Assembly: GCA_029821755.1 (NCBI GenBank)
Contig: JALGSV010000002.1
Location: 180,797-244,796, forward strand
Length of the DNA: 64,000 nucleotides
Source: Candidatus Zipacnadum vermilionense
GTDB lineage: Bacteria; Armatimonadota; Zipacnadia; Zipacnadales; Zipacnadaceae
Direction: 5' to 3'
Shown: positions 51,889 through 60,767 of the stretch, in pieces
How the letters are laid out: every line of letters begins with the position of its first letter
Numbering within the stretch: the stretch's first letter is position 1
Notes under the pieces: model-generated
Told to the model about the DNA's origin: nothing
Database searches by the model: none
The model's input: only the letters and a program-made list of their open reading frames with translations
Made by a program: the position numbers and the translations under genes

Positions 51889-53246
51889 CTTATCCCTTCC
51901 TTGAGGTCAGCCCGGTACTCGGTACTGTCCAGCAGCGGGTGGGCATCCAGCACCAAGAAGCGCCCGTTGCCACGTTTGGCCGTGGACATCGCCGCGCTGC
52001 GGTCTACCATCAGCGCCTTCATGCCCCCGTCACCGCCCACCTGAATCCCCGCCGGCAACTTCTCCGGGCCGTGTAGGGCGCCCTTGAGCGGAGAACCGGG
52101 GTAGACGGCGGTTGCCCCGCCCGGTCGGCCCAGGGAGACGAATACCGAAAAGGCGTTGAGCGCCGTGTTGAGGTAAGTCAGCCGCACCTGGGTGGCCGTG
52201 GTGGCGTGGGCCAGGGCCAGCAAGCGCCCGCCGCCCAGCACGTAGTAGTAGACGGCCACCGTCTCGGCCTCGGAGAGCTCCCGCCAGGTGCCCAGCACCG
52301 CCAGCTTCGGCTCGCTCTGCAGCGCCGCTACCAGGGACGAGGCGCCGGGCTTGACGTCCAGGGCCTTCACCTCGAAGCCCTCGTCCTTGAGCAGCCCTTG
52401 CACGAGGGCGTTGATCTGCGGCCAGGAGTCGTCGGTGGCGCGGCAGTCGTAGAGCGTAATCCCAGCGAAGTCGGTGGTCTCCAGCGGGAGGCTGGTCGCG
52501 GCCGCCGGCGGGAGGGCGGGGACATGCGCCGAAGGCACGGGCGGGAGCGGCGGTGTCGGCAGGGGACCCCCGGCGGCGTCAAAGGGGCGGTTGGCCCAGG
52601 CGGTAGCGCGAGCCGCAAGGGTCAGCGGCGTCGCTTCCTGCGGCTGCGACCGCACCGCCGCTACCAACAGGGAGGCGGGCAGCACGATCACGCCGCCCTG
52701 GTCCGCGCGAATCTGCGCCAGCGCCGCCCGGTTGCCGGCCCAGCCCAAAGCGAGGACGGCGGCGCCGGTGATCTCCATGCGCACGCTGACCGGGTGGCCC
52801 AGCTTGAGCCCGCCGGTGACGGGATTATTGCCGAGAGTCAGCACGTTGTCGCCCTCCGCGGGCAGGGCGTTGACCTGCGCACCCAGCGGCTGGAGGAACT
52901 CAGTGGCCTGTGCGTAGTGGGACGTCGAAGGCCCCACCAGCAGCACCAGGCCGCCGCCCTGCCTGACCCATTCCTGCAGACGCGTCCGCAGGCCCGCGTC
53001 GGTGAGGTGATCGTCGTTGATGACCAGCACGTCCTGGGCGCCCAACTGCTCAGGGAGCTTGGTGATGACGGAGGCAGTCGCCCCGGTCGCCGTCACCTGG
53101 GGCAGCAGGGCGTTGGTTACGTCGGCCAGTGGCCCGCCCGCCGGGGTCAGGAGGAACACGGCCCGCTCCTGCGCCGCCGCGCCGCTCAGCGCGAGCAACG
53201 CCAGCGCCAAGCAGATCACGCTCACTGCTCGATTGCGCACGGTCAT
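51864..53246 (-). CDS. Secreted hypothetical protein with two GATase/DUF4350-like modules joined by a Pro-rich linker
   Basis: Signal peptide; two ..V..GGGL(V/L).L motifs; PLPTPPLPPVP linker; GGAGG SD. Confidence 0.6.
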   Translation of the reverse strand: MTVRNRAVSVICLALALLALSGAAAQERAVFLLTPAGGPLADVTNALLPQVTATGATASVITKLPEQLGAQDVLVINDDHLTDAGLRTRLQEWVRQGGGLVLLVGPSTSHYAQATEFLQPLGAQVNALPAEGDNVLTLGNNPVTGGLKLGHPVSVRMEITGAAVLALGWAGNRAALAQIRADQGGVIVLPASLLVAAVRSQPQEATPLTLAARATAWANRPFDAAGGPLPTPPLPPVPSAHVPALPPAAATSLPLETTDFAGITLYDCRATDDSWPQINALVQGLLKDEGFEVKALDVKPGASSLVAALQSEPKLAVLGTWRELSEAETVAVYYYVLGGGRLLALAHATTATQVRLTYLNTALNAFSVFVSLGRPGGATAVYPGSPLKGALHGPEKLPAGIQVGGDGGMKALMVDRSAAMSTAKRGNGRFLVLDAHPLLDSTEYRADLKEGIRWLFSQET

Positions 53247-53326
53247 AGTCGCCAACCTCCGAGTGCTTTGACAACGCGGAGCGGGGAGAGGTTTCGTCGC
53301 GAGAGGGTGAGGGACCTTGCGGAAGT

Positions 53327-53351
53327 GATAAACGATAAACGATAAACGATA
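53327..53351. repeat. Heptamer tandem repeat (GATAAAC)3-GATA
   Basis: Direct reading. Confidence 0.85.
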
Positions 53352-53425
53352 GATGGGGGGCAGAGGTCATCGGCCTCGGCGGAGGGGCCGTGTCGCACCC
53401 TCCTCACCCCTACTTATCAGTTTCC

Positions 53426-55135
53426 TCACAACACCAAGTTCAACACCGCCCCCACGCTAAACGATACTACCACCATCAGAACCGAGGCCTTGAACATATC
53501 CTTGACGCCGAATTCCTTGAGCAGGACCACGAAGCTGGCGGCGCAGGGGAAGAAGGTGGTCAGGACCACACACGCTATCACGAGCTGCTTGAAGTTCAGA
53601 CCCAGCGGAGCGAGCATGCCGACGGCCACGTCCTTGCGCAGGAAGCCGATGAGCAGGGCGGTGATGGCCTCCGGCGGCAGACCCAGCACGTGAGTGAGCA
53701 CCGGTGCCAGCACTGCCTTCAACGCGTCGATGACGTGGAGCATGTTGAGCACGCCCACGGCGAGGACCCCCAGGATGACGAAAGGGATCGCGTCCAGGAG
53801 GAACTGCTTGGTGCGCAGCCAAACCTTCTGGGCGACGGCCCTGGGGTAGGGCAGGCGGTAGGGCGGGATCTCGGTGAAGATCTCGGGGGCCTCGCCCGGC
53901 AGGAAGCGCTTGAAGGCCAGGGCCAGAATCAACCAGAGCAGGGCGAGCGTGCCGAAAACGAGTCCCAGGCCCGCCACGCCGTACTGGCCGAGCAAGGCCA
54001 CGATCATGGCGCTCTGGGCCATGCACGGGATGCAAATGGCGATGAGCACGGCGGAGATGAAGCGCTGGCGGCGGCTCTGCAGGATGCGGGTCGCCAGGAC
54101 CCCCGGCACGCCGCAACCCAGCCCAAGCAGAGTGGGGATGATGGTGAGGCCGTGCAGGCCCAGGCGGTGCATGATGGTGTCCACCAGGACGCCCAGACGG
54201 GGGAGGTAGCCGAGGTCCTCTACGACGCTGAGCACAATGTAGAAGGCAAAGACGTAAGGGAAGACCTGGGCGAGTGGGATATAGAGGGCGGTGGTGAGCA
54301 GGCCCATGGACTCCCTGAAGTTGATCTGGCCAGCGGGCGTGACCTGACCGATGAGCAGCTCGTGCAGAATGGTGCCTGGCCCCAGATGGACCGACAGGCG
54401 CTCCATCAGCGGCAGCCAGTAGGTGTCGAAGAGGGGGTCCAGGACGAAGTTGATGAGCCCCTCGCCGATCAGGCGGATGAAGGCGAAGCAGGCGGCGGCG
54501 GCCAAGAAGGCCAGGGGAATCCCGGTCCACGGACGCAGGGAGAGGTCGGCGAGGTTGTCCAGGAAGCTGTGGTGGCGGTGCAGAACCCGCTGGACCTGCT
54601 CGACAATATGCCCCACCCGGGCCCAGCGAGTAGCGGGATCATGGGGCAGGGAGCCGGGGCGAGCCTCCTCCAGGCGCGAGACGACGGCCTTGATCCCCTC
54701 GCCGCTGAGGGCACAGGTGGCCACCACCGGCACGCCCAGCAGCTTCTCCAACTCCTCCACATCGATCTGCACCCCCTGGTGGGCCGCCTCGTCGCACATG
54801 TTGAGAGCGACGACCACGGGCTTGTCGGTGCTCAGTAGTTCCAGGGTGAGGTTGAGGTTGCGCTCAAGGTTGGTGGCATCCACCACGTTGAGGATGACGT
54901 CGCCCTGGGAGAGCATCTCGGTAGCGACCTGCTCGGCCTTGTTGGTGGGGGTGAGGGTGTAGGTGCCGGGGACGTCGATGACCTCGGTCGACTCACCGCT
55001 CAGGGCGGCTTTGCCCTTGGTGTATTCGACCGTGGTGCCGGGATAGTTGGAGACGATCACCCGCGCGCCGGTGAGGCGGGAGAAGATGACGCTCTTGCCG
55101 ACGTTGGGGTTACCGACCAGCAGCAGGCGCTTCAT
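53426..55135 (-). CDS. feoB: Ferrous iron transporter B
   Basis: GNPNVGKS, NYPGTT, DVPG, NMCD, GLGCGVPG, PC motif, multiple TMs. Confidence 0.95.
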   Translation of the reverse strand: MKRLLLVGNPNVGKSVIFSRLTGARVIVSNYPGTTVEYTKGKAALSGESTEVIDVPGTYTLTPTNKAEQVATEMLSQGDVILNVVDATNLERNLNLTLELLSTDKPVVVALNMCDEAAHQGVQIDVEELEKLLGVPVVATCALSGEGIKAVVSRLEEARPGSLPHDPATRWARVGHIVEQVQRVLHRHHSFLDNLADLSLRPWTGIPLAFLAAAACFAFIRLIGEGLINFVLDPLFDTYWLPLMERLSVHLGPGTILHELLIGQVTPAGQINFRESMGLLTTALYIPLAQVFPYVFAFYIVLSVVEDLGYLPRLGVLVDTIMHRLGLHGLTIIPTLLGLGCGVPGVLATRILQSRRQRFISAVLIAICIPCMAQSAMIVALLGQYGVAGLGLVFGTLALLWLILALAFKRFLPGEAPEIFTEIPPYRLPYPRAVAQKVWLRTKQFLLDAIPFVILGVLAVGVLNMLHVIDALKAVLAPVLTHVLGLPPEAITALLIGFLRKDVAVGMLAPLGLNFKQLVIACVVLTTFFPCAASFVVLLKEFGVKDMFKASVLMVVVSFSVGAVLNLVL

Positions 55136-55368
55136 TTCTCGACATCGACCAAGATTCTCCCGGCCATGCGGTGGCCGACGGCGATCTCGGTACTACCGAT
55201 CCGCAGGGTGACCGGGCCGCGCAGGGGCTGGCCGCTGGTCTTGGTGATGCTCACTCCGGGACGCAGGCCCATGGCCCGCAGTTGCTGGTTCAGGGCCCGG
55301 CCTCCCTCGAAAGAGACAACGATTCCGCTCTGGCGAGATCTCATTTGGGCTGCAGTGGATGTCGACAT
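55132..55368 (-). CDS. feoA: Ferrous iron transport protein A
   Basis: QLRAMGLRPG..I......GPV.LRIG..EIAVG. Confidence 0.9.
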   Translation of the reverse strand: MSTSTAAQMRSRQSGIVVSFEGGRALNQQLRAMGLRPGVSITKTSGQPLRGPVTLRIGSTEIAVGHRMAGRILVDVEK

Positions 55369-55394
55369 ATATAAGCCTCCGGCACCGGCGCGGT

Positions 55395-55826
55395 CTACGC
55401 GCAACGATCGCAACAGCGAACGGTTATCTCCAGGGCCAGGGCCTGGGTGCCGAAGCCTTGCTCGCGGGCCAGCCGGCGAGCCTGTCGCTGCAGAGCCGAG
55501 GAGGGGACTTCCTCTACTCGCCCGCAGCCGGCGCAGACCAGATGGCAGTGCTCGCGCTGGGTCTCGGCGAACTCATAGTGACTATGCCCCTCGGCCAGTT
55601 GCGCTCGGCGCAGGACACCGAGGCGCTCCAATTGCCCGAGGAAGCGGTAGAGCGTGGCCCGCGAAACGGGCGCGCCCTCGCCGGTATTGACCTCGCGCAG
55701 GGCTTCCTCCGCAGAGAAATGCCGTGGCAACCCCGCTAGAAAGCGGGTGAGCCGGAGTCGGGGAGCGGTGCAACGGAGCCCGGCCTCGCGCATGGCCTCG
55801 GTGACATGCTGGGCGCGCGCGTCCAT
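55395..55826 (-). CDS. fur: Fur-family transcriptional regulator
   Basis: GLRCTAPR, HFSAEE, SRATLYR, H.HLVC.GCG, C-terminal CxxC; upstream of feoAB. Confidence 0.9.
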   Translation of the reverse strand: MDARAQHVTEAMREAGLRCTAPRLRLTRFLAGLPRHFSAEEALREVNTGEGAPVSRATLYRFLGQLERLGVLRRAQLAEGHSHYEFAETQREHCHLVCAGCGRVEEVPSSALQRQARRLAREQGFGTQALALEITVRCCDRCA

Positions 55827-55843
55827 GGTAGTCCTCTCGTTAT

Positions 55844-55893
55844 TGCGACGATGTCTCAGGTGAGATTGTTTCATAGTCGGGCGGGAATGTCAA
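55844..55893 (-). promoter_or_regulatory. fur-feoAB promoter with overlapping palindromic boxes (candidate Fur operator)
   Basis: TTGACA (55893-55888), 17 bp, AACAAT; TGAGA-ttg-TTTCA (55861-55873) and TGCGA-cgatg-TCTCA (55844-55858). Confidence 0.55.
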
Positions 55894-55936
55894 GGGGGAA
55901 GGGCAGTCGGGTGTGACCTCAGATTGTGGGTGGCTC

Positions 55937-56045
55937 CCAGGAGGGGCCGTGATGAGTTGCGCACGAAGTGCGCGGCGAATCCGGCCCGTTCTGCGCCGGC
56001 AGCGGGGCGGATTCCCGGCGCAGACGCCGCTCACCCGGCCCCTCC
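55937..56045. repeat. Inverted doublet of family A repeats (REPIN-like)
   Basis: 55937-55988 is the reverse-complement copy; 56003-56045 is a degenerate forward copy. Confidence 0.75.
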
Positions 56046-56234
56046 TTGTGTCGTCCCCTCCTCACCGACAAATGGAGGTTACACCCGTGCAGTCGACGGT
56101 GGCGGTGTCAGTGGGGAAGGCATCCCCTCCGCTCCCCACTGACACTGCCGACTGACACTGACACGGGTCCGGCAGGCATTTCCCCGAGCGTGTGGAATCT
56201 CTCTCCGGGGTATACTCTCCTCCGAGGGGGGCCT

Positions 56235-56960
56235 ATGCGACTCACAGACTCTCAAGAGCGGAAACTGCTGCTGGCGGCGTGGTGCCGGAGGTTGGCCCTG
56301 TTGCTGGAACTGGGCGTACCGGTGGTGCAGGCGGTGGAGATCGCCGGGCAGAGCGTGGGGGAGTTGAGCGAGGTCCTGCTACCGCTGTGTACGCGGGTGC
56401 GGGCCGGAGAGACACTGGGCGAGGCGATGAACGAGCAACCGGAGGACTTTCCCATCATCGCGCGGGCGGCGGTGCTGGCCGGGGAGCACATGGGACGCTT
56501 GCCGCAAGCGCTGCAGGGATTGGCGGAGTGCCTGGAGGCGGAGCGGTACCTGGAGATCCGCCCGGCAGCGATGGATCTGTGCGAGGGGATGCGGGAGCCG
56601 CCGGCGATTGAGGCGACGCGGGAGATGCTGGCGCAGGCGGCGCGGGAGGGGGCGGCAGAGCTGCAGCTAACGGCCGAGGAGGGGCGGGTGGAGGTGCGGC
56701 ACAAGCTGCACGGGCGCTGGCAGGAGGCGCCGGCGGTGGAGTCCCCCGACCCCGAGGCGATCCTGCGGCGGGTGCTGATGATGGCGGGCATCCCCTACTG
56801 GATCAAAGACCCGGCGGTGGGGACGATGCGGGTGTGGATCGAGCAGCGCAAGTACGAGATAGGGGTGCGAGCGATCCCGGCGGAGGAGGGCGGCTGGGAG
56901 AGCCTGGAGCTAAGCCTGCGGCCGGTGTCGCCAGGGACGGAGGGGGAGGAGTGGGCTTGA
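56235..56960 (+). CDS. Soluble fusion: PilC/GspF cytoplasmic domain + degenerate PilB/GspE N2 domain
   Basis: RRLALLLELGVPV.QA...GETLGEAM...PEDF...V.AGE.MG.LPQ.L..LA..LE; then PPAIE..REML.QA..EGAAELQL..E...VEVRH.LHG...; no TM, no Walker A. Confidence 0.75.
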   Translation: MRLTDSQERKLLLAAWCRRLALLLELGVPVVQAVEIAGQSVGELSEVLLPLCTRVRAGETLGEAMNEQPEDFPIIARAAVLAGEHMGRLPQALQGLAECLEAERYLEIRPAAMDLCEGMREPPAIEATREMLAQAAREGAAELQLTAEEGRVEVRHKLHGRWQEAPAVESPDPEAILRRVLMMAGIPYWIKDPAVGTMRVWIEQRKYEIGVRAIPAEEGGWESLELSLRPVSPGTEGEEWA

Positions 56961-56965
56961 GGGGG

Positions 56966-57019
56966 AAAAGGGGGCAGACACTATTCTCCGTCGTGGAAGA
57001 TAGTGTCTGCCCCCTTTTT
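56966..57019. terminator. Bidirectional intrinsic terminator-like hairpin between convergent genes
   Basis: Perfect 19-bp stem AAAAGGGGGCAGACACTAT (56966-56984) / ATAGTGTCTGCCCCCTTTT (57000-57018). Confidence 0.8.
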
Positions 57020-58381
57020 CGGACCGGCAATCGCCTTCGCCGCCGCGAGCCCCGACGCCGAGGCCTGCATTAGGCCGCGGGTGAGGCCGGCGCCGTCGCC
57101 ACAGGCATATAGACCCAGGACCTGCGTCTCCAGTTCCGGCGTGACCCGCAGGCGCGAGGAGTAAAGCTTCACCTCGATGCCGTAGAGAAGCGTGTGGGCG
57201 TCCGCCACCCCCGGCATGAACTGGTCGAGGGCCCCCATCATCTCCATGATCGTGCCCAGGTGCCGGTAGGGCAGGACGTAGCTGAGGTCGCCGGGCGTGG
57301 CCTCGGCGAGGGTGGGGACTACGTTGCTGTTGCGCAGGCGCGAGGGAGTGCTGCGATGGCCGGAGCGCAGGTCGCCCAGGCGCTGCACCAACACCCCTTC
57401 CCCCAGCAGATTAGCCAGGCGAGCGATGTACTGGCCGTAGGCGATGGGGTCGTCGAAGGGCTCCGTGAAGCGGCTGGTGACCAGCACCGCGAAGTTGGTG
57501 TTGTCGCTCAGTTTGACCGAGGTGGAGTGGCCGTTGACGGTGATCACGTCGCTCTGCTCAACCGTGACCACCTCGCCGTAGGGGCAGACACAGAAGGTGC
57601 GCACCAGGTTGTCGAACTGGCGCGACCAGTAGCGCAACTTGAACTCAAAGAGGACGTCGGTGACCTCGGAGGTGAGCGCGGCGGGGACCTCCACGCGCAC
57701 GCCCAGGTCCACCGGCCCCGGCTGGGTCTCCAGGCCCAGCCGCTGGGCCTCATGCCACAGCCACTCCGCCCCGCTGCGGCCCGGGGCGAGGATGACTGCC
57801 CGCGCGCCCAGGCGGCCCGAGGCGGTGACGACGCCGGTGACCCGTCCGTCGGTGACCTCCACCTGCTCCACCTCGGTCTCCAGGAGCACGTCCACGCGGG
57901 AGGCGAGGTACTCCCGCATGGCCCCGAGGACCAAGGGTGTGCGGTCCGAGCCGATATGGCGCAGGGGCATCGGGGCCAGGCGCATTCCGGCCCGCGTCGC
58001 CCGTCGGGCCAGGTCCTCCGTGGCCGAGGTGGTCTCGCCGAAGACCTCCACCGGAGAGCCGTACTCCAGCCACAGGCGATCGGCCTCGGCCAGGAGCGCG
58101 GTCGCCGGGCCGTCGCCGACCATCTCCGGGAGCTGCCCGCCTACCTCGGGACTGAGGGTCAGCTTTCCATCGCAGAAGGCCCCGGCCCCGCCGAAGCCCT
58201 CCAGCATGGCCTTGCGCTTGCTGCCGCCGGCCCAGTGGGTTTCGCGCGCGGTCACGCGGCCGGGGAGGTCCAGGCCGCGGTCGAGGAGGGCCACGCGGAG
58301 GCCCGGCTGGCGGGACAGCTCCAGCGCGGCGAAGATGCCGGCCGGTCCGGCGCCCACGATGATAACGTCGTAGTCAGGCAT
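56981..58381 (-). CDS. NAD(P)/FAD-dependent oxidoreductase (COG2509-like)
   Basis: IVGAGPAG, GFGGAGAFCDGKL, GVRVE, RTFCVCP.G, GDGAG.TRGL. Confidence 0.9.
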   Translation of the reverse strand: MPDYDVIIVGAGPAGIFAALELSRQPGLRVALLDRGLDLPGRVTARETHWAGGSKRKAMLEGFGGAGAFCDGKLTLSPEVGGQLPEMVGDGPATALLAEADRLWLEYGSPVEVFGETTSATEDLARRATRAGMRLAPMPLRHIGSDRTPLVLGAMREYLASRVDVLLETEVEQVEVTDGRVTGVVTASGRLGARAVILAPGRSGAEWLWHEAQRLGLETQPGPVDLGVRVEVPAALTSEVTDVLFEFKLRYWSRQFDNLVRTFCVCPYGEVVTVEQSDVITVNGHSTSVKLSDNTNFAVLVTSRFTEPFDDPIAYGQYIARLANLLGEGVLVQRLGDLRSGHRSTPSRLRNSNVVPTLAEATPGDLSYVLPYRHLGTIMEMMGALDQFMPGVADAHTLLYGIEVKLYSSRLRVTPELETQVLGLYACGDGAGLTRGLMQASASGLAAAKAIAGPKKGADTIFHDGE

Positions 58382-58416
58382 GGTAACCTCGCAGGCCGGC
58401 TGCACGCCGGCCGTCC

Positions 58417-59688
58417 CTATCTGTAGAACAACTCCTTCGCGTTCTCGCGCAAGATTCCCTCCACCAGCCTCCTCGCTTGCTTCTCGCTGAACTTCCCGGC
58501 CTCCGCCCGGCGGGCCACGGCTTCCACTACCGTCCGCCGCCCGAAGATGGTCGCGCCCAGCGTGATCACCGGGTTGACGCAGTCGCTGCCCCATAGGATC
58601 TTGTTGCCGGGGAGTATGTCGATCCATTCCTCGAGAATCTGCACCGCCGCCGCCTCACTTACCAGCGGCACCCAGCAGATATCCGCCCAGACGTGGGGAA
58701 ACTCCAGCGCCATCACGGTCAACTCCCGGGCGTAGGGGAAGCCAGCGTGGAAGAGATCGAAGCGTGCCTGGGGGTAGGCGGTGATCAGGGGCACCAGCAG
58801 CGTCGGGGAGACGTGGGTCGGCTGGTAATTGCGCAGACCCTCCAGGATGCCGGTGTGAATCTGCACCGGCAGGCCTCGCCGGGTGGCCTCGCCCACTGCG
58901 TAGTAGCACAGGTAGTCCTGCAAGACTGTCTGCTGCTCGGGGGTGGCGGCCTGCGGGCCGGCGAGCCAGATCCGCTCGGCGGTGGCGCGGTCCACGGGGA
59001 GGAACTCGATCCGCCGATCGTAGGCCATGGCCAATTTGATGGCCTTGGCCCCCGCCCGGCAGTGGCGGTCGAGCATGGCGTCGTACAGGCCCAGGAAGCT
59101 GGGGAAGTCGGTGACCTCCACCCCCAGCAGGTCCAGGTAGCGCCAGTAGGAATTGTCGTTGTGGTCCACGCTCCCCTCCCACGAGCACATGACGAAGCCG
59201 TTGATGCGCAGAACCGGGTCGAAGAGGTCGGTGTTCTCGTCCAGGTATGTGGGCTCCCAGAAGCTGTCCAGCAACGCGCGCTCCACACCGGCAGTCTCCT
59301 GCAGCAGGCGTTTGCCCCAGCCGGGCTGGGCTTGGGCGGCTCGCAGCAGGGCGTCTACCTCGGCGTAGACCTCCCCTGTCAGCTCCGGGGCCTCGATCCC
59401 CAGGGCCATCTGCGCGCCCTCCCAGGTGTGCCGGAAGTAGCAGCAGGTCTCCACCGCCGGGACGTAGGGCGCAAAGACCGCCCACTCCTCGGCGACCGTC
59501 TCGGGCTGGGTGGCGAAGGCGTCCAGGGGCGCCCCGGCCAGGTGGAAGGAGGCGTATACGTAGGGCCCGGTCAGCAGTCCCCACATCCCCGGCCCCCCGG
59601 GCGGTTGGGGCTCCAACTGGGTGTGCTGGTGGGTGTCATACAGGGCTAGGGAAGCGGCATATTCGGTCAGCGACGCGCGCAGGGACAT
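58417..59688 (-). CDS. Amidohydrolase-family (Amidohydro_2) protein
   Basis: DTHQH, AIKLA.AYDR, QIHTG, LFHAGFPY, KILWGSD. Confidence 0.8.
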   Translation of the reverse strand: MSLRASLTEYAASLALYDTHQHTQLEPQPPGGPGMWGLLTGPYVYASFHLAGAPLDAFATQPETVAEEWAVFAPYVPAVETCCYFRHTWEGAQMALGIEAPELTGEVYAEVDALLRAAQAQPGWGKRLLQETAGVERALLDSFWEPTYLDENTDLFDPVLRINGFVMCSWEGSVDHNDNSYWRYLDLLGVEVTDFPSFLGLYDAMLDRHCRAGAKAIKLAMAYDRRIEFLPVDRATAERIWLAGPQAATPEQQTVLQDYLCYYAVGEATRRGLPVQIHTGILEGLRNYQPTHVSPTLLVPLITAYPQARFDLFHAGFPYARELTVMALEFPHVWADICWVPLVSEAAAVQILEEWIDILPGNKILWGSDCVNPVITLGATIFGRRTVVEAVARRAEAGKFSEKQARRLVEGILRENAKELFYR

Positions 59689-59813
59689 GGGGCAGACCTC
59701 CCGGTGAGGCAGTAGACATGGAAAAAGTGCGGGCCTCGAAGGGATAGTTCGGGAGGGGGTAAGGAGGTTCCTTCCCCGGCCCAGGGAGGGGGGGACGGCC
59801 GGGAGCGCTGGAG

Positions 59814-60767
59814 CTACATCCTCGGCAGGGCGCTACGCAGAATCTCCATCACCAGGTCATCGTATGACATTCCCGCCGCTTCCGCCGCGGCGGGCAGGTC
59901 GCTGGTTTCGGTCAGGCCGGGGCTGCTGTTGATCTCGGTGATCCATAGCCGCTGGTCGGGGTCCAGGTGCATGTCCACGCGGCTCACTCCTCGGCAATCC
60001 GTGGCCACGTGCGTCGCTACAGCCAGGCGCTGGGCCTCGGCGGCGGCCTCCTCGCTGATGCGGGCGGGGACGATCAGGTCCGTGAGACCCTTGGTGTACT
60101 TGGCCTCATAGTCGTAGAACTCGTGGTGCGGGACCAGCTCCAGCACCGGCAGGGCCTGCAGCCTCTCCCCTACCCCGATGACCCCCACGGTCAGCTCGGC
60201 GCCAGCGATGAACTCCTCCACCAGCGCCTCGCCGTACTGGCCCACCAGCGCGGCCAGGTCCGTGTGCAGGTCCTCTTTCGTCTTGGGGATTGACACCCCG
60301 AAGCTGGAGCCCTCCGACAGCGGCTTGAGCACCACCGGCAGGCCCAGCTCCTGGCAGAGCGTCTCCACCGCCAACTCCAGGTCGTGCTCCGGCCCGAGCA
60401 CCGCGTATCCCGGCGTAGGCAGACCCTCCGCGGTCAGGATGCGTTTGGTCTGGACCTTGTGCATGGTCAGCGCGCAGCCCAGGACGCCGCTGCCGGTGTA
60501 GGGGATCCCGGCATACTCCAGCACTGCCTGGATCGTCCCGTCCTCGCCGGGTCCGCCGTGCAGGGCGATGTAGGCTACCTCTACGCCTGCCTTCCGCAAC
60601 TGCCCCGGCAGGTCGAGCCCGGGGTCCACCTCGACCGCGTCAAAGCCCTGGCGCTGCAGGGCGGCGATCACCCCGCGCCCGCTGCGGAAGGATACCTCCC
60701 GCTCGCTACTGGATCCCCCGCAGAGGACGCCGATTCGTTGGGCTCTGAGAGCGTCCAGGTCGCTCAT
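59814..60767 (-). CDS. ddl: D-alanine--D-alanine ligase
   Basis: GG.SSEREVS, ALHG.PGEDG, GSS.GV, FYDYEAKY, RVD, EIN..PG. Confidence 0.96.
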   Translation of the reverse strand: MSDLDALRAQRIGVLCGGSSSEREVSFRSGRGVIAALQRQGFDAVEVDPGLDLPGQLRKAGVEVAYIALHGGPGEDGTIQAVLEYAGIPYTGSGVLGCALTMHKVQTKRILTAEGLPTPGYAVLGPEHDLELAVETLCQELGLPVVLKPLSEGSSFGVSIPKTKEDLHTDLAALVGQYGEALVEEFIAGAELTVGVIGVGERLQALPVLELVPHHEFYDYEAKYTKGLTDLIVPARISEEAAAEAQRLAVATHVATDCRGVSRVDMHLDPDQRLWITEINSSPGLTETSDLPAAAEAAGMSYDDLVMEILRSALPRM

